Notes: generated by a model not told the origin, from the sequence alone. A DNA stretch of 60,081 nucleotides from Candidatus Collierbacteria bacterium RIFCSPLOWO2_01_FULL_50_23 (GCA_001774555.1 MFAI01000018.1:873-60953), one strand, 5' to 3'. Shown: positions 16,602 to 26,766, counted from the first letter of the stretch. Numbers and translations are program-made.

Positions 16602-17335
16602 ACTTTCTCACCGGCCCAATTACTTCTCTTCTGGTTTTTCTTTATGGCATCTCGGGGGAGAATCTCGGTCTTGCCATTATTCTTCTCACCGTCGTTATCC
16701 GCGGTGTTCTCGTCCCGGTTACTATCCCCTCACTTCGTTCAGCTAAAAAGATGCAGGAACTCAAACCTCATCTTGACAAACTCAAAGAAAAACACAAAGA
16801 CAAACAAAAACTTCAGCTCGCCCAGCTGGATCTCTACAAACAGCACGGCGTCAATCCTGCTGCCGGTTGTCTTCCTCAGGTTGCCCAACTTCTCGTTCTA
16901 ATTGCCCTCTATCAGGTATTTATCGATTTCATCAATACTGGCCAGTTCAACGGTCACTCCCTGAACCTAAATTTCTTTTGGCTCAACCTCGGCAAGCCAG
17001 ATCAATACTACATCTTGCCCATCCTCGCCGGACTGACTCAGTTGATCTTCTCATTCATGATGACCTCCGGTCTTGAGGGTCATCTCAAAGCACCAAAAAA
17101 TAAAAAAGAGAAACAAAAAGAAGAAGATAGTCTCGAGATGGCCCAGAGCATGTCCCAACAGATGCTTTACATCATGCCGGCCATGACTGTTATTATTGCC
17201 CTCAATTTTCCTTCCGGTCTTGCCCTCTACTGGGTCATTACCACTCTCTTTTCACTCGTTCAGCAGTATATAATCAGCGGACTAGGCGGCCTCAAACCGG
17301 TCCTGGCCAGACTACGCATTATCAAGTCAATATAA
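16595..17335 (+). CDS. yidC: YidC/Oxa1-family membrane insertase (short form)
   Basis: GLAIILLTVVIRGVLVPVTIPSLRSAKKMQELKPHLDKLKEKHKDKQKLQ...YKQHGVNPAAGCLPQVAQLLVLIALYQV. Sits in the conserved rnpA-yidD-yidC-jag order. Confidence 0.85.
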   Translation: MLNFLTGPITSLLVFLYGISGENLGLAIILLTVVIRGVLVPVTIPSLRSAKKMQELKPHLDKLKEKHKDKQKLQLAQLDLYKQHGVNPAAGCLPQVAQLLVLIALYQVFIDFINTGQFNGHSLNLNFFWLNLGKPDQYYILPILAGLTQLIFSFMMTSGLEGHLKAPKNKKEKQKEEDSLEMAQSMSQQMLYIMPAMTVIIALNFPSGLALYWVITTLFSLVQQYIISGLGGLKPVLARLRIIKSI

Positions 17336-17338
17336 ATT

Positions 17339-17839
17339 ATGGCGGAACTAAAAGCCCAAAAACTAGTCGAGAATGTTCTCTCTTTACTAGATCTCTCACC
17401 AGACCAATATACCGTTGAAATAGAACCTGCCCGCAGTGCTTCCAGCTCAGCTGATGCAGGCGGGGTCGAGGATGCAGTCAAAGTTGGCATTCAGCTTCCC
17501 GAAGACCAAACCGGCATTTACATCGGCCATCATGGCGAGGGTCTCACCGCTCTTCAGCTGCTTCTGTCTCTTATGATCAGCCAGCGCACCGGCGTCTGGT
17601 ACCGCGTCTCCGTCAATATCAATGACTATCAAGAACGCCGTGAGGACTCGCTCCGTCACCTAGCCGAAACCGCCGCCGAAAAAGCCTTGTCTCTGAACGA
17701 GGAAGTCGTTCTGGGAAATCTTTCCTCATATGAGCGACGAATCGTCCATCTACATTTGGAAAACCACCCCGATGTTACCACCGAATCTCGCGGCAACGCT
17801 CCCTTACGTCAGCTTCTCGTCATCCCCAAACTCAAATAG
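17339..17839 (+). CDS. jag: Jag/KhpB-like RNA-binding protein (KH + R3H)
   Basis: KH GxxG (IGHHGEGLTALQ) and an R3H-like C-terminus (SYERRIVHLHLENHPDVTTES). Located directly after yidC. Confidence 0.75.
   Translation: MAELKAQKLVENVLSLLDLSPDQYTVEIEPARSASSSADAGGVEDAVKVGIQLPEDQTGIYIGHHGEGLTALQLLLSLMISQRTGVWYRVSVNINDYQERREDSLRHLAETAAEKALSLNEEVVLGNLSSYERRIVHLHLENHPDVTTESRGNAPLRQLLVIPKLK
17426..17464 (+). repeat. palindromic repeat element, copy D (in frame inside jag)
   Basis: cctgcccgca-gtgcttccagctcagctga-tgcaggcggg with inner palindrome cagct/agctg. Translated as PARSASSSADAGG. Confidence 0.75.
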
Positions 17840-17859
17840 TCGGGGTACAATCTTCTGTA

Positions 17860-19074
17860 GTGCTCAAACGTCTGACCCTATTTTTGGTGATCTTTTCACT
17901 TCCCTTCCAGCTCGGCTATCATCTTTGGCTACCCGAAACATACGTCAAAAGCTTCAAGATTGACTATCTTGCTCCAACTCTTTATCTAACTGATATTTTT
18001 ATCTTGCTCTTTCTGGTTCTAAACTATCGTTTGATTATTTCAACCATCCGGAATTTCATCATCTCCTTTCCCGGCCGCTTGCTCATCGTCCTGATTATCT
18101 TGAATCTGTGGACTGCCTCGTTCAGCTTGATCACCGTTTTTGCATGGCTGAAACTGCTCGAATACCTTCTGCTGTTTATCGCTCTAAAAGGAACCAAAGA
18201 TCTAAAACGAATGGTCGTTCGCCCGTTTAGCATTTCCCTAGGCATTGTCATTCTTCTTGCGCTTACCCAATTCCTTTCCCAATCGTCTCTTGGGGGTATC
18301 TTTTATTATCTTGGCGAGCGGGAGATCACCCCACTGCTTTCCAATGTAGCCAAGATCAACCATACCATTCCCTTTCTGCCCTCACCAATAATGCGACCCT
18401 ACTCTACCTTTTCTCACCCAAACTCTCTGGCGGGTTATCTTCTAGTTTCTTTTGTTATTCTCTCCCTAACAATAAAAAAGAAATCTACCAAGTTTCTTCT
18501 CGCCCTGGTACTTATGCTCACATTTTCAAAAGCGGCGATTCTTTCCTTTGTCATCATTCAGGTTGTTAAAGTCAGTTTCGCCCGAAGCCTCATCATTAGT
18601 ATCCTCTTGTCTTTGGCGCCATTGGCCAAAGATATTATTGCTCTTCCTGCCTGGTTAGCTCAATCATTTACCGCCCGCCACTATTTACTTCTGCCCTCTC
18701 TGAATATGATCTCCGATCGTTGGATCATGGGAGTTGGACTCAGGCGTTTCATTCCCGCCTTCTCCGAAATCCTGCCTGCAAACCAGATTTCCTACACTAC
18801 TCTCCAGCCCGTCCACAACACATTCCTACTAATGCTGACAGAGCTGGGAGCCTTGGGGGTTATTATGGTCGTGCTAGTCTTTCGAACCCCCATTGCAAAT
18901 TTAATCAAAAGAAAAGAAACCCGCTCCTATCTGCTAGATCTTGCCGGAATAATCCTAATGACTGGATCTCTCGACCACTACTGGTGGACGTTACCCCAAA
19001 ACCAGCTTATAATCGTTCTCGCCTTCGCCCTAATAGCAAGACATCGAAATGAACTATCAAGAAATCATCATTAA
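17860..19074 (+). CDS. O-antigen ligase (Wzy_C)-like polytopic membrane protein
   Basis: GTG start, about 10 predicted TM segments. FSHPNSLAGYLL and QPVHNTFLLMLTELGALG are typical of this family. Confidence 0.65.
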   Translation: MLKRLTLFLVIFSLPFQLGYHLWLPETYVKSFKIDYLAPTLYLTDIFILLFLVLNYRLIISTIRNFIISFPGRLLIVLIILNLWTASFSLITVFAWLKLLEYLLLFIALKGTKDLKRMVVRPFSISLGIVILLALTQFLSQSSLGGIFYYLGEREITPLLSNVAKINHTIPFLPSPIMRPYSTFSHPNSLAGYLLVSFVILSLTIKKKSTKFLLALVLMLTFSKAAILSFVIIQVVKVSFARSLIISILLSLAPLAKDIIALPAWLAQSFTARHYLLLPSLNMISDRWIMGVGLRRFIPAFSEILPANQISYTTLQPVHNTFLLMLTELGALGVIMVVLVFRTPIANLIKRKETRSYLLDLAGIILMTGSLDHYWWTLPQNQLIIVLAFALIARHRNELSRNHH

Positions 19075-19489
19075 CACAGACGGTGGTGCCCGGGGGAATC
19101 CTGGTCCGGCCGCCGTCGGAATTGTTATTTCGGGAAAGAAAGAAGACTCCGACTATCTATTTGAACACTCCGAAACTATCGGTGACCAAACAAACAATAC
19201 CGCCGAGTATAAGGCTGTCATCATTGCCCTTCAGCTCATTGGCAAAAAAGACCTCACTACCGAAACCCTAACTTTTATTCTCGACTCGGAGCTGATCGTC
19301 CGCCAGATACTAGGCAAATACCGGGTCAAGGAGACACATCTTCAATCTCTCGTCAAAGAAGTCCATCTTCTCATCAAAGAACTGAAGGATAAAAACTTGC
19401 TAAAAGCTATCAACTTTAGACACGTCAGACGTCACGAGAATAAACGGGCTGACCAATTGGTCAACCAAGCGCTGGACTCCCTCAAATAA
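19049..19489 (+). CDS. rnhA: ribonuclease HI
   Basis: INTDGGARGNPGPAAVGIVI...NNTAEYKAVIIAL...LDSELIVRQI...HENKRADQLVNQA carries the DEDD residues. Confidence 0.85.
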   Translation: MNYQEIIINTDGGARGNPGPAAVGIVISGKKEDSDYLFEHSETIGDQTNNTAEYKAVIIALQLIGKKDLTTETLTFILDSELIVRQILGKYRVKETHLQSLVKEVHLLIKELKDKNLLKAINFRHVRRHENKRADQLVNQALDSLK

Positions 19490-19711
19490 ATTTTCAACCT
19501 GTCTCAACGCATTAGTCTAATCGCTGTGGATAACAGTGTTAAGGGATACGCATCAGATTTTCATGTGAGCCAGTAAGAACAAAAACATAAAAAATAAAAT
19601 GTAAAACGAAGCTGGAATAGAAAGAAAACAAGAAAGAAAAAAAGTAATAACAATGATAATGAGAAAACTATCAAAGATAACAGCTCATGTGATTGGTATA
19701 CTGAAATAAGA

Positions 19712-22444
19712 ATGCCTGCTTCAATTGCCACGATTTACCTTGCTGGAAACAACGAACCGCTGACGCAGGAAATTGATAAGTGTTTGGAAAAAAGTAACCT
19801 CAGGACGGAAAAAAATAAAACCAAAGATACCGACTATCGTCTTTTGGTCTACGATACTGACGCCTCTGTAGAAAACCTTGGGAAAATTATTCTCAACGAT
19901 CTGGACAGCCTGTCCGGATATACCGGCAAAGTATGTCTTGTCCTTGCTAGTTGTAGCGAAGAAGGGGATGGCGCTTCGGAAAAGCATCGCTCATTAGTTC
20001 AACCATACCTAAACGATAGAAAAAACAACCTTCGTCTGATCATCACCCGGGATTTGTACCAAACAAAAGAAGGGGAAGCTGTTGATTCGTTCGAAAACTG
20101 GCTCTGCCAGATTGGTAGTGAGGGAGAGGTTGAAGTTACTCCGGATGGCTCGGTCAAATTCCACCCCACCTCAACAGATGATCTCTGCGAATTGATTGTA
20201 AAAAGTCTCTTTATTACCAACACATCAGGAAAAGTCTTTGTCGGTGTGACGGAGGAAATAACCGACCTCGAAATCGCCTACCTTTTGAAACGGAGTCTTG
20301 AAAAGAAAAATAGCCAGCTTGAGATAAATCTAAGCAGTCGTGAAAAAAGAGAGTCGAATGGACTCATGGACGAGTCTATTCAAACTCAGGCATTAATGAA
20401 CTGGATCCCCAAGAATAGCTTTTCCGAAAATATTTCGAAAATACTTAGCCAGTGTTCTTTTCCGATAGATAAGGAAACCATCCCGGTTCCCAAAACTACC
20501 CTCAACAGATTAGAACCGCTTAAACCGCAGAAAAAAGAAAATCAGAAAAAAATGTTCGGGAAGATATTCGTGCTGCATGAGGTTCCAAGTCTACATGTCA
20601 AAGAAAAAAGAGCCCTTGCCAAAACTATCTTTATCGCGGCTTTGGCCGTGGCCGGCCTGGCAATTCTTCCATTTGTAATCAGCTTTATTGGCCTCTATTT
20701 TTCGACCACGGACACCTATCGTGCCTATCAGGAAATCAGAAACGGCAATGAAAAGAAAGCCAGGTCGACTTTGTCGCAAGCGGCATTTTATAATCGGCTG
20801 GCTACGGCCGGCTTTCGGTCGGTCATTCCGTTGGGAAACATCTTTGCCAAAGAGGCAATCAACTCGACAAACAATTATCTTCTAATACTCGGTCACGGGC
20901 AATCATTTCTCAACTCGGTTCTTGAAACTTACTCGTTGGGGGATCAGATCTACCGCGGCCTTCTTGGTAAACAAAGTGTGGATGCAAAGGCTACCACCGC
21001 GGCACTCAGGGTAAATCTGATCTCTATTTCAGAACGCCTCTCTCAAATTCAACTCCTTCTTGATCAAGTTAGACTGCCGTTCGGTTACGAAGAGCGTCTG
21101 AGCGGATCTGATATCAACCAGTCAATCAGTCTATTAAAGTCACAGGCGGTTTTGGCGCTTCCGATCTTGGATCTCGTCGAAAAAGTAGCCTCCAATCAAG
21201 CTCTGCAACGTTACCTAATTATCGTTCAGGATACCAATGAGCTTAGGCCAACAGGGGGATTTATCAGTACTTATGGAGTTCTCACTCTAGATCAAGGGAG
21301 GGTGATTGATTTTAAGGTCGATTCATCGCTTTCGCTCGACCGCCTTATCGAGGGAAAGATAGAGCCGCCGAGTATTGTCAAACAGCTTCTCGGGCAAACG
21401 AATTGGAGTTTTCATGATAGCAACCTGGATGCTGATTTTGGCAAGAGCGCCGAGCAAATGGCCTGGTTTTATCAAAGGTTTAAAAGCGTGACGGTCGACG
21501 GCGTTTTTGGTCTAAACTTGAATCTGCTTCGTTTTATACTTGGAGAGATCGGTTCCACGAAACTGGCTGACGGGCAAGACGTTTCAGCTGACAATATTTT
21601 TGTCTTAGCCAGCAATCCGACCGCCAGCAAGGGACTTGATGTTGTCACCGCCCTAACTCAAACTTTGGGCCAAAAATTGCTTGCCGGTGAAATCAACTTG
21701 GCCGCCCTTAGTCGAGCATTACTCAAAACAGTCGCCGCGAATGAGATCAATCTTTGGTTTAGCTCACCGTCCTTGGAGGCACTGGCTATAGCGGGGAATC
21801 TCGGCGGAGTTATAAACGGTGCAAACTGTCACCCCCAGCTTGCTTCGCTGGCGTGTCAGGCGGATACGATTTACTTCAATGAAAGTAATATGAGTGTTAA
21901 TAAGCTCAATTATTATCTCAAAAGGGCCCAAAACCTTGTGGCAGAGATTGGGGAAAACGGCCAGGTCAGTTACACCCTAAACTACGACTATTCCTATCCG
22001 GTCCCGGTGCCGACCAACTTCGGTCTGTTTTACAAAACCTATTATCAGTTGTATTTACCCCCATCCTCACAAAAAGTCAGTCTTACGCTCGATGGTCAGG
22101 TGTTGGATTCGGCGTCACTGATTCAGACAGCCACATCCAGCTTGACCAAAATAGAGTTCTCGGCCAGCCTCTCGACCAATCAGGCTCACCACCTCGAGGT
22201 CAAATTTATTTCCCCTTATCTTCTTGATCTCACGAAACAGTTCATCCCATATACCCTTGCCGTTCTCAAACAACCGGGGACGCTAAACAACCCCCTGACC
22301 ATTAAAATTCACTACCCAAAAAGTCTCGTTACTCGGAATATGACGGTGCCCCTCAAACAAACTTCGGCCCAAGAACTCGTTTTTCAAACCAATCAGACGA
22401 GCCAGGAAAACCTTGGCATCATTTTCAAAAATCAGGCATTATAG
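19712..22444 (+). CDS. DUF4012-domain membrane protein with N-terminal cytoplasmic domain
   Basis: TM helix near aa 300 (IFIAALAVAGLAILPFVISFIGLYF), followed by the signature NELRPTGGFISTYGVLTLDQGRV. Confidence 0.7.
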   Translation: MPASIATIYLAGNNEPLTQEIDKCLEKSNLRTEKNKTKDTDYRLLVYDTDASVENLGKIILNDLDSLSGYTGKVCLVLASCSEEGDGASEKHRSLVQPYLNDRKNNLRLIITRDLYQTKEGEAVDSFENWLCQIGSEGEVEVTPDGSVKFHPTSTDDLCELIVKSLFITNTSGKVFVGVTEEITDLEIAYLLKRSLEKKNSQLEINLSSREKRESNGLMDESIQTQALMNWIPKNSFSENISKILSQCSFPIDKETIPVPKTTLNRLEPLKPQKKENQKKMFGKIFVLHEVPSLHVKEKRALAKTIFIAALAVAGLAILPFVISFIGLYFSTTDTYRAYQEIRNGNEKKARSTLSQAAFYNRLATAGFRSVIPLGNIFAKEAINSTNNYLLILGHGQSFLNSVLETYSLGDQIYRGLLGKQSVDAKATTAALRVNLISISERLSQIQLLLDQVRLPFGYEERLSGSDINQSISLLKSQAVLALPILDLVEKVASNQALQRYLIIVQDTNELRPTGGFISTYGVLTLDQGRVIDFKVDSSLSLDRLIEGKIEPPSIVKQLLGQTNWSFHDSNLDADFGKSAEQMAWFYQRFKSVTVDGVFGLNLNLLRFILGEIGSTKLADGQDVSADNIFVLASNPTASKGLDVVTALTQTLGQKLLAGEINLAALSRALLKTVAANEINLWFSSPSLEALAIAGNLGGVINGANCHPQLASLACQADTIYFNESNMSVNKLNYYLKRAQNLVAEIGENGQVSYTLNYDYSYPVPVPTNFGLFYKTYYQLYLPPSSQKVSLTLDGQVLDSASLIQTATSSLTKIEFSASLSTNQAHHLEVKFISPYLLDLTKQFIPYTLAVLKQPGTLNNPLTIKIHYPKSLVTRNMTVPLKQTSAQELVFQTNQTSQENLGIIFKNQAL

Positions 22445-22477
22445 CCTCAATATCTCTTTCATGATAAAATAGCAGCC

Positions 22478-23179
22478 ATGGCGAAAATCACTTTATCGCT
22501 CGAACCACGGAAAATAACCGGCAAGAAGGTCAAAACTCTGAGAAAACAAGGGATCATCCCTGCCAATATTTTTGGTAACAAAGTAAAAAGCACGGCCGTC
22601 CAGGTCAGGGGGACTGTCTTTCGCCCCGTCTATGAACATGCCGGCGAAACCCAAGTTGTTTATATCAAGGTTGAGGGGGAGACCGAGGAACGCCCCGTCA
22701 TGTTCACCAATGTCCAGAAGGACCCAATAACCGATGAGGTCATCCATATCGATTTGCGTCAGGTCAACCTCAAGGAAAAGATCACCGCCAACGTCCCCGT
22801 TGAGATTATCGGTGAATCTCCGGCAGTTTCTGATTTTCAAGCTTCTCTTATTACCACTCTCGACGAGATCGAGGTCGAAGCCCTCCCCGCCGACCTGCCA
22901 GAAAATATAACCGTTGACGTCAGCAGCCTAAGGAATATCGGTGACGTCATCAAGGTCTCCGACCTTAAACTGGATCGTACGAAAATTGAGGTTCTCGATG
23001 ATCCGGACGCAGTTGTCATTTCAGTAGCACAGCAGCAAAAAGAGGAAGTTATTCCCGTCGAGCCCGTTGTTACCGAAATCATCGGCGAAGCCCCAGCTGA
23101 AGGGGGAGAGGTCAAGACTGAAGAAAGTAAAAAAGAAGAGGCTCCTGCAAAAGCACCGGCCAAAGCCCCTGTCAAATAA
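22478..23179 (+). CDS. rplY: 50S ribosomal protein L25/Ctc
   Basis: LEPRKITGKKVKTLRKQGIIPANIFG, then a two-domain Ctc-type protein with a Lys/Ala/Pro/Glu-rich tail. Confidence 0.85.
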   Translation: MAKITLSLEPRKITGKKVKTLRKQGIIPANIFGNKVKSTAVQVRGTVFRPVYEHAGETQVVYIKVEGETEERPVMFTNVQKDPITDEVIHIDLRQVNLKEKITANVPVEIIGESPAVSDFQASLITTLDEIEVEALPADLPENITVDVSSLRNIGDVIKVSDLKLDRTKIEVLDDPDAVVISVAQQQKEEVIPVEPVVTEIIGEAPAEGGEVKTEESKKEEAPAKAPAKAPVK

Positions 23180-23446
23180 TCAGTTCCGTAATTCCATTTC
23201 CGCCTGTTCGACCGCCTCGGACTTCACCGTCCTGGCTACCTCCATCAATTTTCCAAGTCTGTCTTCGACAGTTTCTGTTTTGATCTGGGGGAGTGTTGTT
23301 TGAGATCCTAGCACCGCACCTTGCTCTCCCGTTTTCAGGCTCATAATTCCGATTGCGACCAAGCCAAGAAGCAAAAGCGACGGCAGGAAATGGAGGAGCG
23401 ATAAATAGATCGGGGAAGTATATTTTTTCTGTCTGGCGCGCATCAC
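23180..23446 (-). CDS. small hypothetical membrane protein
   Basis: Starts 6 nt after the valS stop. Has one TM helix (LLHFLPSLLLLGLVAIGIM). The ATG at 23443 is also a possible start. Confidence 0.4.
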   Translation of the reverse strand: MMRARQKKYTSPIYLSLLHFLPSLLLLGLVAIGIMSLKTGEQGAVLGSQTTLPQIKTETVEDRLGKLMEVARTVKSEAVEQAEMELRN

Positions 23447-23452
23447 TTCATC

Positions 23453-25654
23453 TTAAGCATCAGGCCAGGTGCTTGCAAGCAGTAACCCATCTTTGATCAT
23501 ATTCTGCCAGATCGCCTCAGTTACGAAAGGAGTGAAAGGATGAAGTAGCTTCAAGAAGACTACAAACCCCCGCCTCAGTGCGTCACTTGAGAGCTCACAC
23601 GACTTGTTGTCTTCAATTGCTTTATCGCAAAACCAGTGCCAGAACTCATTGTAAACGGTCTCGGCGGCGAGGCCGATCTTCAAATTCTCTAGCTGGTCGG
23701 TAACGTCATGAATAACCTGCTTTAACTTCTGGTTGAACTCCTCGTCCATGGGTCCTGGTTTTTGATCTTGATTTACGGGTTCCATTACATATCTGGCCGC
23801 ATTCCAGATTTTGTTGGCCAGATTTCTCATCCCGCGAACCTTGCTTTCTCCTACGTTGCTATCACTACCCGGAGTGGTGCTCATCACCAACGCCATCCGC
23901 AGAGCATCGGCGCCGTATTTTTCTACCAAATCCAATGGGTTAACCACGTTCCCGATACTCTTACTCATCTTCCGTCCCTGTTCGTCCCGAATCAGGCCAT
24001 GAAGATAAACCCACTTGAAGGGCGTTTCTCCGGTCAGGTAGATCGACAGGAGCATCATTCTCATTATCCAGATGGTCAGAATGTCATAACCGCTTTCAAT
24101 CACGTTAGTAGGGTAGTAGTAGGAAAGATCGTCCGGCCTGTTTGTCGCCAGAGTTGCGACCGGCCACTGCCCCGAGGAGAACCAGGTATCAAAAGTATCG
24201 GTTTCCTGCAGGTAGTTGTCTCCCGGTTTGGTCTTTGACACGACAAACTCGGCCCCGATCGCGGGTCTGAGCGTTTGTAAACCCGCTTCAATTTCGGCGA
24301 GGCTATGTCCGCGTTCCATCATTTCTATGAGTGTACCCCTCACGAACTCGGAGGCTGTATTCAAAAAGCCTACCTCCATCGTTGGGTTCGCGGTCACGTC
24401 ATACCAGACCGGGATCCGGATGCCCCAAACGATCTGCCGGCTAATATTCCAATCTCTAATGTTCGTCAGCCAGTCGAGTAATATCTTATCGCGCCCTGCT
24501 CCCAACACGACAGTTTCGCCGGAATCTAGCGCTTTAATTGCTTTCGCGGCCAAAGTCTTGGTCTTTATGAAGAACTGAGCCAGGGGTAAGGGCTCAATGA
24601 TACTGTGACAGCGATAACAGGTGCCGACGTTATGAATATGTTCTTTGGTCTGTTCAACCAACCCAAGTGCGTCTAATTTCTCGATCACGGCTGTTCGTGC
24701 CGGCTCGACCTTCATTCCGGCAAACTCTCCGGCCGCCCCCGCCATCCGACCGGAAAAATCGATCGCCTGGATCAAAGGCAGGTTGTGACGCATTCCGGTT
24801 TCGTAGTCTGCCATGTCATGGGCTGGGGTAATTTTAACCGCGCCCGTACCGAACTCTTTTTCTACCATTGGGTCAGCGATGATCGGGATCAGCCTATTGG
24901 CCAGTGGTAAAATCACCATTTTGCCAACCAAGTGCTTGTAGCGCCCGTCCTCCGGATTCACTGCCACCGCCGTATCGCCGGGCATTGTTTCGGGTCGGGT
25001 TGTCGCGACTACGATCTCCCCGCCATCGGCCAGAGGATACTTGATGAAATACAATTTTCCGTTTTTTTCTTCGTGAATTACTTCTAGTTCGGAATAACTG
25101 GTGCCACACTTGACGCAGTAGTTCACCAAGCGCTCACCTCGGTAAACCAGGCCGTCACGGTGTAGCTTTTCGAAAGTCGTCAAGACGAACCCGACAATAT
25201 CACCGTCCAAAGTGAACTTGAACCGTCCCCAGTCCGCGCTTGCTCCAAGTCTCTTCATTTGTTGGACGGATACCCCGGAAAATTCGTTAACGTAATCAGA
25301 AATCATTTGATAAAGTGTTTTCCGGTCAAAGTCGTACCGGCTCTTGCCTTGTTTTGCCAATTTCTTTTCAAATACGAACTGGGTTTCGATGCCGGCGTGG
25401 TCTGTTCCCGGTAGCCAGAGAGTGGCGTCACCCTTCATTCGGTGGTAGCGGATTAGGATATCTTCGATGGTCACGAACATCGCGTGTCCAACGTGGAGCG
25501 GATCGCTGGCATTTGGCGGCGGCATGATAAGAGTGAACGGCCGTTTCCCGTCAGCCTTTGCGCGAGATGCCTCCGGTGCCGCAAAAGCACCACTCTTTTC
25601 CCAAGCGGAAATTATCTTATCCTCGTGCAGTTTGTGATCGTAGTTCTTATCCAT
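23453..25654 (-). CDS. valS: valyl-tRNA synthetase (short form without the long C-terminal coiled coil)
   Basis: PPPNASDPLHVGHA (HIGH) and RKMSKSIGN (KMSKS), plus CP1 editing-domain length. 733 aa. Confidence 0.9.
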   Translation of the reverse strand: MDKNYDHKLHEDKIISAWEKSGAFAAPEASRAKADGKRPFTLIMPPPNASDPLHVGHAMFVTIEDILIRYHRMKGDATLWLPGTDHAGIETQFVFEKKLAKQGKSRYDFDRKTLYQMISDYVNEFSGVSVQQMKRLGASADWGRFKFTLDGDIVGFVLTTFEKLHRDGLVYRGERLVNYCVKCGTSYSELEVIHEEKNGKLYFIKYPLADGGEIVVATTRPETMPGDTAVAVNPEDGRYKHLVGKMVILPLANRLIPIIADPMVEKEFGTGAVKITPAHDMADYETGMRHNLPLIQAIDFSGRMAGAAGEFAGMKVEPARTAVIEKLDALGLVEQTKEHIHNVGTCYRCHSIIEPLPLAQFFIKTKTLAAKAIKALDSGETVVLGAGRDKILLDWLTNIRDWNISRQIVWGIRIPVWYDVTANPTMEVGFLNTASEFVRGTLIEMMERGHSLAEIEAGLQTLRPAIGAEFVVSKTKPGDNYLQETDTFDTWFSSGQWPVATLATNRPDDLSYYYPTNVIESGYDILTIWIMRMMLLSIYLTGETPFKWVYLHGLIRDEQGRKMSKSIGNVVNPLDLVEKYGADALRMALVMSTTPGSDSNVGESKVRGMRNLANKIWNAARYVMEPVNQDQKPGPMDEEFNQKLKQVIHDVTDQLENLKIGLAAETVYNEFWHWFCDKAIEDNKSCELSSDALRRGFVVFLKLLHPFTPFVTEAIWQNMIKDGLLLASTWPDA

Positions 25655-25665
25655 TCTGCCTAATT

Positions 25666-26766
25666 TTACCCTACTTCCAATCCAGGATTAGGTCGCAGTT
25701 TCAGGGGGTCGATGTATGTGGGCCGCATCAAAGCACAGGCGGCGATCATGGCCGCGTTATCGGTGCAGTATTTCAAGTCCGGCAAATAAAACTCCAGACC
25801 AACCTTTTTCACCCCCGCAGCCAGTCCTTCTCTCAAGGTCGTGTTCGCGGCCACCCCTCCGGCCAGTAGTACCGCTTTTGGCGAAAAACGCTCGATTGCC
25901 AACATTGTTTTCTTGATCAAGACCTCTGCCACGGCCTGATTAAACTCGCGCGCCAAGGACTTGATCAATCCTGGCTCCCTACCCAACTTCTCTTTGTTTT
26001 CCTTCATCACGTCGATCAAGGCCGTCTTCAGTCCCGAAAAACTCATCTCCAAGTTATTCTCATGGATCATCGGTCTGGGCAATTTTAATTCCACTGGCAG
26101 TTCTAGTTCCGCCTCGGCGGCTGCCTTCGCCACCATTGGTCCTCCCGGGTAGGGGAAATCCATCGCTCGCGCCGCCTTGTCAAAGGCCTCACCGGCGGCG
26201 TCGTCACGGGTTCCGCCGACCCACTCCCAATCGGTCAGTGAACGCAACAAAATTAGATCAGTGTGTCCTCCGGAAACGATCAGCGCTACTGCAGGCAACT
26301 CAGGCGTGCTATTAGACACCCCCGAGATGGCCCGAAGGGATTCCTCGGGGGCGGTATCGTCCTTTCTCACAATCCAGTTCGCAAATAAGTGGGCGGCCAT
26401 ATGGTTCACGCGAATCAATGGTTTCTTCCAAGCCAAAGCCAGTGCCTTTGCTGTCTCCACTCCGATCAAGAGACTGCCGATCAGCCCAGGTCCCTCTGTC
26501 ACGGCGATGGCATCGATTTGATTAATCGCTATTTGAGATTTCTCAATTGCCTCCTCGATCACCGGAATGATCGCGGCGACCTGCTCCCGGGCTGCCACTT
26601 CCGGCACAATTCCGCCATATTTTGAAAGAATTTCGGCTGAACTCGCCTTCACGTCCGAAAGTATTTCAACACCTGCCTGGATAACGTCACCCTCGACCAT
26701 TGGGGATCTTCTCGCCACACTGGCACCCGTTTCGTCACACGTGGACTCGATAGCAAGAACGATCAT
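25666..26766 (-). CDS. tsaD: tRNA N6-adenosine threonylcarbamoyltransferase (Kae1/TsaD)
   Basis: MIVLAIESTCDETGASV, MAAHLFANW and LIVSGGHTDL are typical TsaD motifs. Confidence 0.85.
   Translation of the reverse strand: MIVLAIESTCDETGASVARRSPMVEGDVIQAGVEILSDVKASSAEILSKYGGIVPEVAAREQVAAIIPVIEEAIEKSQIAINQIDAIAVTEGPGLIGSLLIGVETAKALALAWKKPLIRVNHMAAHLFANWIVRKDDTAPEESLRAISGVSNSTPELPAVALIVSGGHTDLILLRSLTDWEWVGGTRDDAAGEAFDKAARAMDFPYPGGPMVAKAAAEAELELPVELKLPRPMIHENNLEMSFSGLKTALIDVMKENKEKLGREPGLIKSLAREFNQAVAEVLIKKTMLAIERFSPKAVLLAGGVAANTTLREGLAAGVKKVGLEFYLPDLKYCTDNAAMIAACALMRPTYIDPLKLRPNPGLEVG

Noticed and set aside
18771-18782. cctgcctgcaaa, a 12-nt match to the terminus of repeat copy B, inside the O-antigen-ligase-like gene
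   Set aside because: There is no matching second terminus or inner hairpin within 60 nt. It may be a solo half-site or chance (it encodes LPA). Not counted as a repeat copy.
19525-19533. Perfect DnaA box as evidence of a second replication origin
   Set aside because: It is a single box without clustered partners. The canonical dnaA-flanking regions are better origin candidates. It is kept only as part of the spacer observation.
23145-23155. cctgcaaaagc in the rplY tail, an 11-nt match to repeat copies A and B
   Set aside because: It lies in a PAKAPAKAP low-complexity tail where these codons are expected. There is no partner terminus.
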